From Flavobacteriaceae bacterium (GTDB lineage Bacteria > Bacteroidota > Bacteroidia > Flavobacteriales > Flavobacteriaceae): DNA of 32,000 nt. Shown one piece after another: positions 5,892-16,677 of the stretch (position 1 is its first letter; each line of letters begins with the position of its first letter). The position numbers were made by a program, and so were the translations under genes. The stretch is taken from positions 1,890,001 through 1,922,000 of the forward strand of contig OZ245049.1 in the NCBI GenBank assembly GCA_965224465.1, in the 5' to 3' direction. The notes under the pieces were generated by a model. That model ran no database searches. It was not told the DNA's origin and saw only the letters and a program-made list of their open reading frames with translations.

Positions 5892-7565
5892 TTATTTAAA
5901 AGGTGTTTGGCATTGTGTTTTCAACACAAGAAACTGATTGGGAAGCAACACCAAATCCCCCATTACTATTTTTTCGTTTGGAAGTAAATCTACCTGAATG
6001 GAGGTTTTACTAAAATTAAAAAAACACCTTATCTTTTCCTGATTCAACACCCTTGTAAATTGAATAACATCCTGATTAAATGTTAAAGAATCGTAGGTTC
6101 CATATTGCAATACAGGTTCTGAGTTTCGCATTAAAATTAATTCTTTATACCTATTTAATATAGAACCTTTGCTCTTTGACAAAGACAAAACATTTGTAGA
6201 TACGTAATTAGCATTCATTTTAATCCAAGGAGATTTTTCAGAAAACCCACTGTATTTTAATTGGTTCCATTGCATAGGACTCCGAGACTTATCTCTGTTT
6301 TTATCGTTTGCAATACTTAATGATGCCTCGGCTGACAGCCCTTTTTTTATCGCTAAATTATAATGCGTTCTTCCTTGAACATCCACGATTTCCTCATAGG
6401 AATTTGCACGAATATTCTCCATCCCTATTTCTTCACCATAATAAATAAACGGCACTCCTTTTGCTGTCAACATCAAGGCAGCCAAGGTTTCCGCCTTCAC
6501 TGTATTTTGATCTGCCAATCTATTCATTAACCGAGGCATATCATGACTTCCAAAAAACAAAGTCGGATAATTCTGCATGTTTTTCTCCATACTCACCAAT
6601 TCATCAAAAATACGCTTTGCTGAAAACTCAGAGATACTTCCAAAATTAAAATTAAACACAACGTCTAATAAGTCCGTTGCTTGGTATTGTTTTAATACAT
6701 CAATCTTATCACTTCCTATTTCTCCGACTATAAATCTATTCTCATATTCATCCACTGTAGCTTTGATCATTCTCATAGCATCCTTCACTCCTTTCTGATT
6801 TAAATCGTACAGATGCTCTTGCTCTCCTTTATCATTAATGGGATTGTCTTTAGAAATACCTTCCGTGGTCAAAAAATTAATAACATCCAATCGGAATCCA
6901 TCTACCTTTAGATCTAACCAAAACCTAAGCACCTGCTGTATTTCTTCCTTAACTTTGGGGTTTCCCCAATTCAAATCAGCCATTTCCACATCAAATTGAT
7001 GGTAATAATACTGCTGTGTGATAGGATCTAATTCCCATGCAGAACCCCCAAATAAGGACTCCCAATTATTTGGGATAGTGGTCCATATATAATAATCACG
7101 ATATGGATTTTCCTTTGACTTTCTAGCTTCCTTAAACCATTTATGCGCTGTAGAGGTATGATTTAAAACCAGGTCCATAATTATTTTAATATCGCGTTTA
7201 TGCGCCTCTGAGATCAGTAATTTAAAATCTTGAAGATTTCCATACGTAGAATCAATCTCATAATAACTACTTACATCGTAGCCATTGTCTACTTTTGGAG
7301 ATTGCAAAAAAGGGGTCAGCCAAATTCCTTTTACACCAAGAGACTCTATATAATCCAACTTAAAAGAAAGCCCTTTAAAATCACTAAAACCATCACCATC
7401 ACTATCTTTAAAACTTGGCATATACACCTCATAAAAAACAGTTTCTTTCCACCAGTTATCCGTCAATTTATACGGTTTTTTTTGAGTACAAGAATTAAAT
7501 ACCATGCTCATAATACATCCTATAATCAATATTTCTTTTTTTCTATCTCTATTTAAAAACAACAT
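5892..7565 (-). CDS. GH13 alpha-glucosidase / oligo-1,6-glucosidase-like lipoprotein
   Basis: All four GH13 conserved regions are visible: DLVLNHTS, GFRLDVINF, VGEIG, FGSHDMPR. The N-terminal block is DSDGDGFSDFKG. A lipobox-like sequence, VFNSC, is present. Confidence 0.85.
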   Translation of the reverse strand: MLFLNRDRKKEILIIGCIMSMVFNSCTQKKPYKLTDNWWKETVFYEVYMPSFKDSDGDGFSDFKGLSFKLDYIESLGVKGIWLTPFLQSPKVDNGYDVSSYYEIDSTYGNLQDFKLLISEAHKRDIKIIMDLVLNHTSTAHKWFKEARKSKENPYRDYYIWTTIPNNWESLFGGSAWELDPITQQYYYHQFDVEMADLNWGNPKVKEEIQQVLRFWLDLKVDGFRLDVINFLTTEGISKDNPINDKGEQEHLYDLNQKGVKDAMRMIKATVDEYENRFIVGEIGSDKIDVLKQYQATDLLDVVFNFNFGSISEFSAKRIFDELVSMEKNMQNYPTLFFGSHDMPRLMNRLADQNTVKAETLAALMLTAKGVPFIYYGEEIGMENIRANSYEEIVDVQGRTHYNLAIKKGLSAEASLSIANDKNRDKSRSPMQWNQLKYSGFSEKSPWIKMNANYVSTNVLSLSKSKGSILNRYKELILMRNSEPVLQYGTYDSLTFNQDVIQFTRVLNQEKIRCFFNFSKTSIQVDLLPNEKIVMGDLVLLPNQFLVLKTQCQTPFK

Positions 7566-7569
7566 CCCA

Positions 7570-9309
7570 TTAATTTAATTTATACCGATAATCAATCACT
7601 GTATCAGCAGCATATAATTTACCTTCTTTAACATAAACGGAAGCCTCTGAAGGCACAAAAACAAGTACACTAGCCATATTCCCAGCGATATCAAAAGTAA
7701 AATCTCCACGTACATTTTTAGCAATAAATGCACGTTTTGTGGTATCATACACCTGTACTTTTTCAGTTCCTACATGTATGCGTACATTTTTAACCATTGG
7801 GTTCGGATTGTAATACAAATAACTAGGAAATGCTTTCTTTTTATAAAAATCAGTTGCCAATAAATCCAGTTGTAAAATATTATCTACAGATGTTCTAGAA
7901 ATAATAGCTCCTGGAATTCCAACATGACCACTTCCATACACACTAAATTGAGACACTTTAGGGTTTTTAGCGTTCCAATGCATTCCATCTCCAATAGCAA
8001 CAGGCGCTTTTATATGTTCATATTGTGGATAATGTGCTTTTTTTATCAATCCTTCATAAGCAATCACTCCTTTGGTATGTGCTTTTTCTTCGGGAATGGT
8101 TTGATGATCGTCTGAAATCTCATACGGATAAAACAACCTGCTTGTATTTGCAGCATTTAGCATCCATTTCCCAATGGTATTTGCATAGCGCTGATCATAT
8201 CTAACAACAGGAACTAAAGGCCACATGGTATCATAGGTATTCATTAAAAAACCAAATCCACCATTATGAGTTGTACTTCCAACAATTCCAGAAACATCAT
8301 ATCCATTCCAATTGTCCACCAGTACTCCCCAACCTTCCCTACAAGTAGAATCACCATTAAAAGTCCAATTCAACAATTTTGAAACATCGTAATTCATTCC
8401 TTCTTCTGCATTTAATCGTGCTGCTACATAGGCTCCAAAAGGCATAAGAATTTCATAAAAATAATTATCTTTTTGTTTTAACAATGCCTCTAGAGAAGAT
8501 TTCGCACCTTCTAAATACCTAACATCCTTAAATTTCTGATACGCAGCATACAACACCATCGCATGTCCAGCCGCAACATCTTGCTGAGTACATATCCAAC
8601 TTTTTTTAGCTTCCATGGAAGCATAATTAAAATAAGAAAAACTATAATCACCATTTAACACCTTATCTGCTTCATAAAATTTATCCGCAATAGATTTTAA
8701 AATAGCATCATTTTCCTTTGTACTCGGATAAAAATCAGCAACGGCATAATACATTAAATTTGGATACACATCATACCACCAATCTCTCGCATATCCACCA
8801 CCTAACTGCGCAACTTCTGGGCAGGTATTGTTCATAATGATATTCCATTTAGTTTCTGAATTAAAATAGTTTTTCAGCATTGCTACATAATTTTCACCAT
8901 GCTGATTTGATTTATCAATCCCTACCAAACTCGCTCCTAAAACAGAACCTATAGTTGCCAAGGACTCGTGAAATATCCCTTTATAATGTTGGGTACCCTG
9001 ACGAACATCACCCATAGCAGTATAAATACCAAACGTTTCTTGATCACTATTTTTCCTAGAATTATCTTTCCATATCAAGGGCCAATAGTCTCCCGTCTGT
9101 GTTGCATCATATACCTTGGCATCATATTGTTCTGCGAGTGTTTTAAAATCCAATATTTTAAAAGGCATCGGTAAATTTGGCATTTCCACAACTCGATTAA
9201 TTTGCAATTGGCTTACTACATGTACCTCCTCAAACGTATCCGTAGTACAGGCATTAAAAAAAGCACCTAGCACTAGAAGAAACATGATTAATAATTTATT
9301 TAGTCTCAT
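7570..9309 (-). CDS. PUL-encoded lipoprotein of unrecognised family (possible glycoside hydrolase)
   Basis: ORF track, 579 aa. Signal plus lipobox LGAFFNAC. Trp/Tyr-rich composition. Located between the MFS and GH13 genes. Confidence 0.4.
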   Translation of the reverse strand: MRLNKLLIMFLLVLGAFFNACTTDTFEEVHVVSQLQINRVVEMPNLPMPFKILDFKTLAEQYDAKVYDATQTGDYWPLIWKDNSRKNSDQETFGIYTAMGDVRQGTQHYKGIFHESLATIGSVLGASLVGIDKSNQHGENYVAMLKNYFNSETKWNIIMNNTCPEVAQLGGGYARDWWYDVYPNLMYYAVADFYPSTKENDAILKSIADKFYEADKVLNGDYSFSYFNYASMEAKKSWICTQQDVAAGHAMVLYAAYQKFKDVRYLEGAKSSLEALLKQKDNYFYEILMPFGAYVAARLNAEEGMNYDVSKLLNWTFNGDSTCREGWGVLVDNWNGYDVSGIVGSTTHNGGFGFLMNTYDTMWPLVPVVRYDQRYANTIGKWMLNAANTSRLFYPYEISDDHQTIPEEKAHTKGVIAYEGLIKKAHYPQYEHIKAPVAIGDGMHWNAKNPKVSQFSVYGSGHVGIPGAIISRTSVDNILQLDLLATDFYKKKAFPSYLYYNPNPMVKNVRIHVGTEKVQVYDTTKRAFIAKNVRGDFTFDIAGNMASVLVFVPSEASVYVKEGKLYAADTVIDYRYKLN

Positions 9310-9432
9310 ATATTTCCTTTTTTCGGGTCAGAATCCCCATTACTATTGATTAAATACATTGTCACAAACACAATTCCAACTAACAGATATAACAAATTAA
9401 TTTCTAATCCGTGATTTAGAATTCGGTGAGTC

Positions 9433-10686
9433 TTATGTTTTTGACTCTTGAAATTCACTTTCCAATACATCTTGCTGCTTCAACAATTGTTTTGTAATAA
9501 CAATTGATACTAATTGCAAGACAGCAATAATTAACAAGGCATAACGCAATGCGATATCGGCATCAGAAAAATAAGCCAAGGCTAGAAAAGTCCCTGCTCC
9601 TAAAAAACGTCCTACAAACAATCCGAATTCATGATTCAAAATATAAGAAAATTCATTTCTATTTTCAATTTTAGACAATAAGTCAATTACTTTTAACTGT
9701 ATCGGAAAGTACGCGATATCTAGAAGAGGTCTTGCTATTAATAATAAAAACATAAAAATGATAACTCCTGTTGCATTGAATAACAATCCATTGAAAAGTG
9801 ACGCTAGAAAAAACAAGATCAACCCTATGCTAAAGATAAGCATCCGGTGTTTTGGCTTGGAATATTTTCCTAAAAACAACATGATACAAGCAGCGACCAA
9901 TGCACCAATAGACTGTGCAGTACCCAATGCGCCCTCCGAGCTAAAAAACTTCATCATCAACATGGCTGGAGCCGTAACAATAAACCCTTGCGCCAATCCT
10001 TTTAACAGCGCTAATTGTAACATTTTATTCCATAATTTATGAAATTTAAAATACAAAAACTTCTCACTTTTAGGTTTATCATACGATCCAAAATGAAAAA
10101 CAATAGAGGCGATGACTGTTATTGCAAAAACAACGCCTGTTACTACCCTATAACTTTCGTTAATATGTGCTGTAGAACCATCGTTTCCTTTTACTAAATA
10201 CCAGCCAATAATTAAAGGAACTATAGAAGCGATAATGGTATAGAAAAATGTTTCCAGACCGTAGTAAAAATTTCGTGTACTATCTTTTGTAGTTGCCAAA
10301 ACTAAATAATCTCTATTTGCCCAATAAAAACCAAAAGACATCCCCATTATAAGCCCCGCAGAGATCAATCCAGTATAAGTGATTTCTGACAAGGACATCA
10401 TGTATACCATGGAAACACCACTCAAAATCATTCCTAAAGAAAATAATTTCTTGACATCAATTTTATTCAATAGATATCCATTGATAAAAAAAGTAATGGG
10501 TATTCCTGTGTAAATTGCTAATTGATACAACATAACCTTTGAAGGATCGTTGGAATTACGCATAATATAGGCGGCTACAAAAATATCTATTACAGGCAAT
10601 ACAAAAGCATAGATAACATTGGTAAGAATTAGTATTTTTGTGTTTTTCGAAAATATATTCAGCCCTATTTTTTCTAATAAATTCAT
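9433..10686 (-). CDS. MFS-type sugar transporter
   Basis: 417 aa with about 12 hydrophobic segments. Adjacent to the GH130 gene. Confidence 0.7.
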   Translation of the reverse strand: MNLLEKIGLNIFSKNTKILILTNVIYAFVLPVIDIFVAAYIMRNSNDPSKVMLYQLAIYTGIPITFFINGYLLNKIDVKKLFSLGMILSGVSMVYMMSLSEITYTGLISAGLIMGMSFGFYWANRDYLVLATTKDSTRNFYYGLETFFYTIIASIVPLIIGWYLVKGNDGSTAHINESYRVVTGVVFAITVIASIVFHFGSYDKPKSEKFLYFKFHKLWNKMLQLALLKGLAQGFIVTAPAMLMMKFFSSEGALGTAQSIGALVAACIMLFLGKYSKPKHRMLIFSIGLILFFLASLFNGLLFNATGVIIFMFLLLIARPLLDIAYFPIQLKVIDLLSKIENRNEFSYILNHEFGLFVGRFLGAGTFLALAYFSDADIALRYALLIIAVLQLVSIVITKQLLKQQDVLESEFQESKT

Positions 10687-10702
10687 TATATTTCTAAGCT
10701 TT

Positions 10703-11734
10703 TTAACAATTCGTTAATAGAGAATGTAGCCAAACCACAAATTCGTCTGCGGCTCCATAGTACATTTTTATTTCATCTCCATGAACAATATGTCCGTTTG
10801 TAAAAATAACTTCTCCAAAAAAACCAGTTTTCTCATAACTAGTCAAAGGTTCCATTATTGGGTTTTCGGATCTTGCAAGCACAATAGAGGGATCCTTTAA
10901 ATCTAATAAAACCAATCCTAAACAGTACCTGTTTTCTACCGTAGCTCCGTGATATATTGCCAACCATCCTTTTTTAGTTTTTATAGGAGCCGCACCAGCA
11001 CCTAGGCGATTGCTATCAAATTTACCCGCCCTTGTTTTTGCAATACACTTATGATTTCCCCAATGCACTCCATCAGGAGACTCCGCAATCCACATATAAT
11101 TCCCTCCTAACTCAGGGCTACTTGGACGATGTAAGGCATAAAATTTACCATTGATTTTCTCTTCAAAAATGGCACAATCCTTATTATGAGGACTTAATAT
11201 CATTCCTTTCTTTTCGAAATTCACCCAATCTTTTGTGGTTCTAAGACCTACCCCAACACCATTGGCAGAAACCATCGTATAGGTAAGGTAATAGGTATCC
11301 TCTATTTTAACTACCCTACAATCTTCAATTCCGTAAGACTCATAATCCCCTTCTCCAAATAAGGAAGGATATGCTTGTTCTTCAGAGAACTGAATTCCAT
11401 CGGTACTCCACAGCAATCTCAAATGTGAAATAGTGGTTAAATAATCCGTCCCATCATAATTTATAACTCGAGAATCGGCGGCGTTTAATTTAGGATCATC
11501 CAATTTAAAATTGATAATTGCTACCGCTCCCTTATCATCGTAAATAGGCACCGATAATTCTCCCTCATGTTGTACGGTACGCTCTGCTACACGAACAAGC
11601 AATCCGATCTTACCATTATACTCAAAAACCCCTGGGTTTAACAAGCATTCTATCCTCATGTTACTGTCACTAGCGTTTAAATCTTTAGGAGACAACAATG
11701 GGTTATTCTTATGTCGATTTAATGTATTTGTCAT
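10703..11734 (-). CDS. GH130 beta-mannoside phosphorylase/hydrolase family protein
   Basis: Typical GH130 blocks are present: NPGVFEYNGKIGLLVRV, GIEDCRVVKIEDTYYLTYT, FYALHRP, GAAPIKTKKGWLAIYHG, KMYYGAAD. Confidence 0.8.
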   Translation of the reverse strand: MTNTLNRHKNNPLLSPKDLNASDSNMRIECLLNPGVFEYNGKIGLLVRVAERTVQHEGELSVPIYDDKGAVAIINFKLDDPKLNAADSRVINYDGTDYLTTISHLRLLWSTDGIQFSEEQAYPSLFGEGDYESYGIEDCRVVKIEDTYYLTYTMVSANGVGVGLRTTKDWVNFEKKGMILSPHNKDCAIFEEKINGKFYALHRPSSPELGGNYMWIAESPDGVHWGNHKCIAKTRAGKFDSNRLGAGAAPIKTKKGWLAIYHGATVENRYCLGLVLLDLKDPSIVLARSENPIMEPLTSYEKTGFFGEVIFTNGHIVHGDEIKMYYGAADEFVVWLHSLLTNC

Positions 11735-11927
11735 GTGATTTTTATTCTATTTTTCGAGTGCTAAACAGCACTATGATTTGTTTTACATTCTTGACTAACA
11801 TTGCTAACAACAAGGATACACTCCTCTTTATCACAACAGAAAGCCATCATAATTACAAGAGGAGAAGCAGCAGATACTACTTCTCTCACTTGTAAACATA
11901 AACTCAAAATTAAATTATAAAACCATA

Positions 11928-13414
11928 TTAATATCCTATATTTTGGGTGATTTTCCCACCTGATTTATCAATATCCCTTTGAGGAATAGGATAAAACACA
12001 TTGTGATCTTGGTAGTTTTTACCTAAAGCATTCAATACTTTTTTTGCCACACCCCATCGTTTTAAATCATTGAATCGTTGAGACTCAAATCCTAATTCCA
12101 CTCTACGTTCTGCCATAATCCAGTTGCGAATTTCGCTTACATCGGTAGAAGTAGCTTTATCCAACAATGTTCCTTGAGGAATAACGGAACCATCTGCTGT
12201 AGGACTTGTTCTTGCTCTATTTCTAATTTGATTGATGCTTGAAATGGCTCCCGCATAATCACCCGTTTCATTCATTGCTTCCGCTTTCCAAAGCAATACA
12301 TCAGCATATCTGATGTAAATTTTATTCCCTGGAGAATCATCATTTCCTTTATAATCGCTAAGAGAACCTAGCAACTTAGAGACATGCTTATTTGGCACAT
12401 CTACGGTATACAATAACCTTGGATCATTTGCTTCAAAAGCATTTATAAAATCAGCTGTTGGAGCAAAAAATCCCCATCCAGCCACAGCAGCAATTCCATT
12501 TCCGTTTTTTGGAGTTTCTCCAGTACGGTGATCATAAGCAAAAATAATCTCGTTTTCAGAAAATTCTAAATTGGCATCAAAACTATCAAAGTAGTTTGTA
12601 TTAAGGCTGTAAAAACCGAGTCCATCCAACTCAGAAATCAACGTTAAAACGGATGTCCAATCTTTGTTGTACAATGCCACTTTTGCCTGTAATGCAATAA
12701 TAGCACCTTTAGAAGCTCTCCATGATTGAGAAGCATCCGATATTTCACATCTGTTGCATTTTTTTTAGCTGCTATTAAATCACTCTTAATTTGCTCCGTT
12801 ACTAATGCTTTTTCTGCTCTTATAGAAACAGCAAATGCTTCTTCAAACGAAACTGGAGTTGTTAAAATTAGCGGTACATCACCAAAATTATTAACAAGAT
12901 CAAAATAATAGAACGCTCTTAAAAAATAAGCTTCCGATATTAATTGTTTCCGCTGAACTTCATCCATTCCTGTTTTTTTGATTAATTCAATATCATTTAA
13001 AAAGCTAAGCGCTAAATTAACTCTACTAACCCCTTCATAATCATATTTCCAAATACCATTAAAGGCTTGGTTTTCTGAAGTAAAACTGAAATCAGATAAT
13101 TTATCCATCCAAGGTTGATCTCCATCAGGATTCCATTTTTTATTCATATCGTTGGAAGCGACATCTTGTAAAAGAATATCATTTCTAAAAACAGTTCCTA
13201 AATCCCATCTCCAACCTTCAATAATTCCATTCAAGGTATTTTTAAGTGGTGCGTATGATGATACTACCGACGATTCTATTGTTGCAATTGAAGGCGTCGC
13301 ATCTACTTGAGCATCTGTCAACAGCCCTATTGGATCATTCTCTAATTCATCCATACATCCCACCATGGCAACAAGGGTGAACAAAAAGAGGATACTTTTA
13401 TATAAATTTTTCAT
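11928..13414 (-). pseudogene. susD: SusD/RagB-family outer-membrane lipoprotein, split by a -1 frameshift near 12737-12741
   Basis: ORFs 12644..13414 (lipobox VAMVGC) and 11928..12680 form one SusD-like protein if one base is restored at AAATAT-CGGATGCT. The second frame reads back as DASQSWRASKGAIIALQAKVALYNKDW. Confidence 0.75.
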
Positions 13415-13426
13415 AATGTATTCTTT

Positions 13427-16400
13427 TTAAAATTTAAGATTTACACCAAACAAAATTGATGTTGATAATGGGTAAGTTCCTAAATCCATTAAATCTGTAG
13501 ATTCTGGATCTAATCCTGTATAATCAGTAATGGTAAATAGATTTTGACTAGAAATATAAAAACGTAGGTTTTGAAGTCCTTTAAACGAATCAATCGTATA
13601 TCCAATTTCTATATTTTTAAGACGAAAATAAGATGCATCTTCTACAAAAACACTTGACACTTTACTACTTCCATTATCTTCAAATGCAACTCTAGGGATT
13701 GTATTAGAACTACCTTCTCCATCCCAAGCACCTAAAATAGCTGTTGTATAATTGAACGGACGGGTATCATAATCCACAATCTGTTTTCCTTGATTGTATC
13801 TTTCCACTCCATCTACTCCTTGGAATAACACAGAGAAATCAAAGCCCTTAAACTCCGCAGAAAAGGACAATCCATAGGTGAATTCTGGGATAGGACTTCC
13901 AATAAACGTTCTGTCTTTATCTGCACTAATAACCCCATCTCCATCAATATCTAAAAATTTGATATCTCCTGGCTTAACGTTAGATCCGCTAGTACCACTT
14001 AAATGCTTGTCAATTTCGGCTTGATTTTGATAAATACCTGTCATTTTATACCCATAATAAGCATTTATTGGCTGCCCTACTTGTGTCTTAGTAACCTTTC
14101 CAATAATGTTAGGTACATTTGGATGTAGCTTCTCAACATTATTAGACAAGGTCGCAATATTTGCATTTATAGAATACTTAAATTCCTTACTAGCCCCTCT
14201 ATAATTCACAGAAAACTCAAACCCTTTATTCATTATTTCACCTGCATTTACAATTGTTGGAGCAACATCTCCTACCACAGAAGGCAAATTAATAGGCAAT
14301 AAGATATCTGTTGTATTTTTAATAAAATACTCTGCTGTCAAAGCCAATTTATTATTCAACAAACCAACATCAAGTCCTACATTAGATTGTGTAGATGTTT
14401 CCCATTTTAGGTTCTCGTTTCCAAATCGGTTGGTTTTTACAATACCATCCACTTGACTCAGTAAGGTTAAATATGCATAATCATCAATTTCTTGATTCCC
14501 TAATTGTCCCCAACTTGCTCTTATTTTTAAATTAGACAACCAACTTACATCACTTAAAAACTGTTCATCAGATATTTTCCATCCTGCAGAAACAGAAGGA
14601 AAATATCCCCATCTATTTTTATCTGAAAATCTAGAGGAAGCATCTGCTCTTAAATTTGCTGTAATCATATATTTACTATCAAACACATACGAAGCAGACC
14701 CAAATAAAGAGAACAATGCCCATTCGGAAGCTGTACCACTATTCCAAATATCATTTTCTACTCCTCCGTAATCTAAGTATCTATATTTACTACCTGTATA
14801 AGGGAATCGTGCTCTACTTGCACCTAAAGATGACTCAAAATTCTCTATGTATTCTGTTCCAACCATTAGGTTTAAATCGTGTTTATCATTGAAATTTTTC
14901 ACGTAATTTAAGGTGTTATTAAAAGTAATAGTACGAGCCTCTCCTCTTTCTTCACTGAGGTTATTAGGTCTATTTTTACGTCCTAAACCTTGATCTACAC
15001 CATTTCCACCACCATCATCGTCCCCATAATTTTCGTTAAATGCCTTGTTGTGAAAAAATGTTAAATCTATTCCTAAATTAGACCTAAAAGTTAAAGACTT
15101 ATCCTCTAGCAATTTGTATTCTGCAAAGATATTCCCAAACGTTTTGTATATTTTACGTTGATCGTCTGTAAAATAAGCTTGTGCAATAGGATTTCCTACC
15201 ATTTCATACATGCTGCGTTGCAATCCTAGATCATAATTTTCTGAGGTAAAAAACGGCATATCCGTAAAAGGATCTCGTTGGCTATACGTTGGATCATTTG
15301 CATCTTTATAAACAGCTAAAACGGGTGCTCTTAACATAGCAAAACGTATAAGACTTTCGCCTTTTGAGGCTGTTTTATCCTGCGTAGAATAAGACAATTG
15401 TAAATTAGTTCCAAACTTCAAACGGTCGGTAACATTTACAGTAATATTAGTTCTATAGTTTAATTTTTGATATTTATCATTATCATATACAACCACTCCA
15501 TCTTGTCCATAATAGCCCAAGGACATTAAAAATTGTAATTTTTCAGAACCACCACTCGCAGTAATTTGAAAGTTTTGTGACTTCCCTTGTTCAAATAGCT
15601 CGTCCAACCAATCGGTATCAGAAAAATCAGATCTACCTCTATCGGTTGTATAAGGATTATTCCCTGTTCTATCAGAATTCCCCCATGCTTTTTCTAAGGT
15701 ATTGATATATTGCGCCGCGTTTAACATATCAGGTAAATTTGATACATTATGCAAACCTGTATAATAGTTTACATCAAATCTTGTTTTTCCAATTTCACCC
15801 GTTTTAGTAGTAATTAAAACCACACCTCCAGAAGCACGAGATCCATAAATAGAAGCGGCAGCTGCATCCTTTAAAACGGTCATTGTTTTAATATCTGCCT
15901 GATTTAAAAAAGTAATGTCTCTTGATGGAATTCCATCAACTATATACAACGGATTGTTATTTCCAATAGTTCCTTCTCCACGAATTCTAATTTGGATAGG
16001 ATCCCCAGGAGCACCTGTACTAGCCGTTACCTGAACTCCTGCAATCTGACCTTGTAAAGATTGAGCGACATTTGTAACCCTTGTTTTTTCTAAATCGCCT
16101 AGATCAACCACAGAAACTGCGCCTGTAATAGTAGATTTTTTCCTAGTAGAATATCCTACTAATACAACCTCATCTAAAGATTGTGCGTCTTCTTTCAATA
16201 CAATATTTAAACGCTTTTTTCCCTTTACGGAAACTTTATTTGTTAGATAGCCCACGTAGCTAAAGATCAATACTGCATTTGCATCCTTAATTTCTAAACT
16301 ATAGTTCCCGTCAAAATCTGTTGAAGTACCATTTGACGTTCCTTTTTCAAGAACATTTACTCCTGGTAAAGTTCCGTTTTTATCTGAAACGACTCCTGTA

Positions 16401-16477
16401 ATTGTTTGCGCTAACAAACTACTTCCTGTGAGCATAGCTATTATTAAAATTAGACTATACAGATTGTTTTTTCTCAT
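13427..16477 (-). CDS. susC: SusC-type TonB-dependent outer-membrane transporter
   Basis: 1016 aa. It has a signal peptide, a carboxypeptidase-regulatory-like N-domain (GVVSDKNGTLPGVNV...FDGNYSL), a plug region and a terminal F. It is paired with susD. Confidence 0.9.
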   Translation of the reverse strand: MRKNNLYSLILIIAMLTGSSLLAQTITGVVSDKNGTLPGVNVLEKGTSNGTSTDFDGNYSLEIKDANAVLIFSYVGYLTNKVSVKGKKRLNIVLKEDAQSLDEVVLVGYSTRKKSTITGAVSVVDLGDLEKTRVTNVAQSLQGQIAGVQVTASTGAPGDPIQIRIRGEGTIGNNNPLYIVDGIPSRDITFLNQADIKTMTVLKDAAAASIYGSRASGGVVLITTKTGEIGKTRFDVNYYTGLHNVSNLPDMLNAAQYINTLEKAWGNSDRTGNNPYTTDRGRSDFSDTDWLDELFEQGKSQNFQITASGGSEKLQFLMSLGYYGQDGVVVYDNDKYQKLNYRTNITVNVTDRLKFGTNLQLSYSTQDKTASKGESLIRFAMLRAPVLAVYKDANDPTYSQRDPFTDMPFFTSENYDLGLQRSMYEMVGNPIAQAYFTDDQRKIYKTFGNIFAEYKLLEDKSLTFRSNLGIDLTFFHNKAFNENYGDDDGGGNGVDQGLGRKNRPNNLSEERGEARTITFNNTLNYVKNFNDKHDLNLMVGTEYIENFESSLGASRARFPYTGSKYRYLDYGGVENDIWNSGTASEWALFSLFGSASYVFDSKYMITANLRADASSRFSDKNRWGYFPSVSAGWKISDEQFLSDVSWLSNLKIRASWGQLGNQEIDDYAYLTLLSQVDGIVKTNRFGNENLKWETSTQSNVGLDVGLLNNKLALTAEYFIKNTTDILLPINLPSVVGDVAPTIVNAGEIMNKGFEFSVNYRGASKEFKYSINANIATLSNNVEKLHPNVPNIIGKVTKTQVGQPINAYYGYKMTGIYQNQAEIDKHLSGTSGSNVKPGDIKFLDIDGDGVISADKDRTFIGSPIPEFTYGLSFSAEFKGFDFSVLFQGVDGVERYNQGKQIVDYDTRPFNYTTAILGAWDGEGSSNTIPRVAFEDNGSSKVSSVFVEDASYFRLKNIEIGYTIDSFKGLQNLRFYISSQNLFTITDYTGLDPESTDLMDLGTYPLSTSILFGVNLKF

Positions 16478-16582
16478 TTTAAAGAAGTGTTAATTTGATT
16501 AATAAATTGATTCTTTTTTTCATTGTCTCTCATTGATACATTAAAATTACAACCGTTTAAAATAACTAAAACGATTGCGTAA

Positions 16583-16638
16583 CAAATTTACAAGAAGGTG
16601 TATTTAACTGTGTACACTATTTCACCAAAAGTGTACAC
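16583..16638 (-). promoter_or_regulatory. Candidate susC promoter (-7 box TAAATTTG) preceded by two GTGTACAC palindromes spaced 21 bp apart
   Basis: On the minus strand, TAnnTTTG lies at 16590..16583. GTGTACAC lies at 16610-16617 and 16631-16638, about 110-160 nt upstream of the susC ATG. Confidence 0.3.
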
Positions 16639-16677
16639 CGACTACAAACAAGTAATAAACAACTACTTAAGTCCTGT

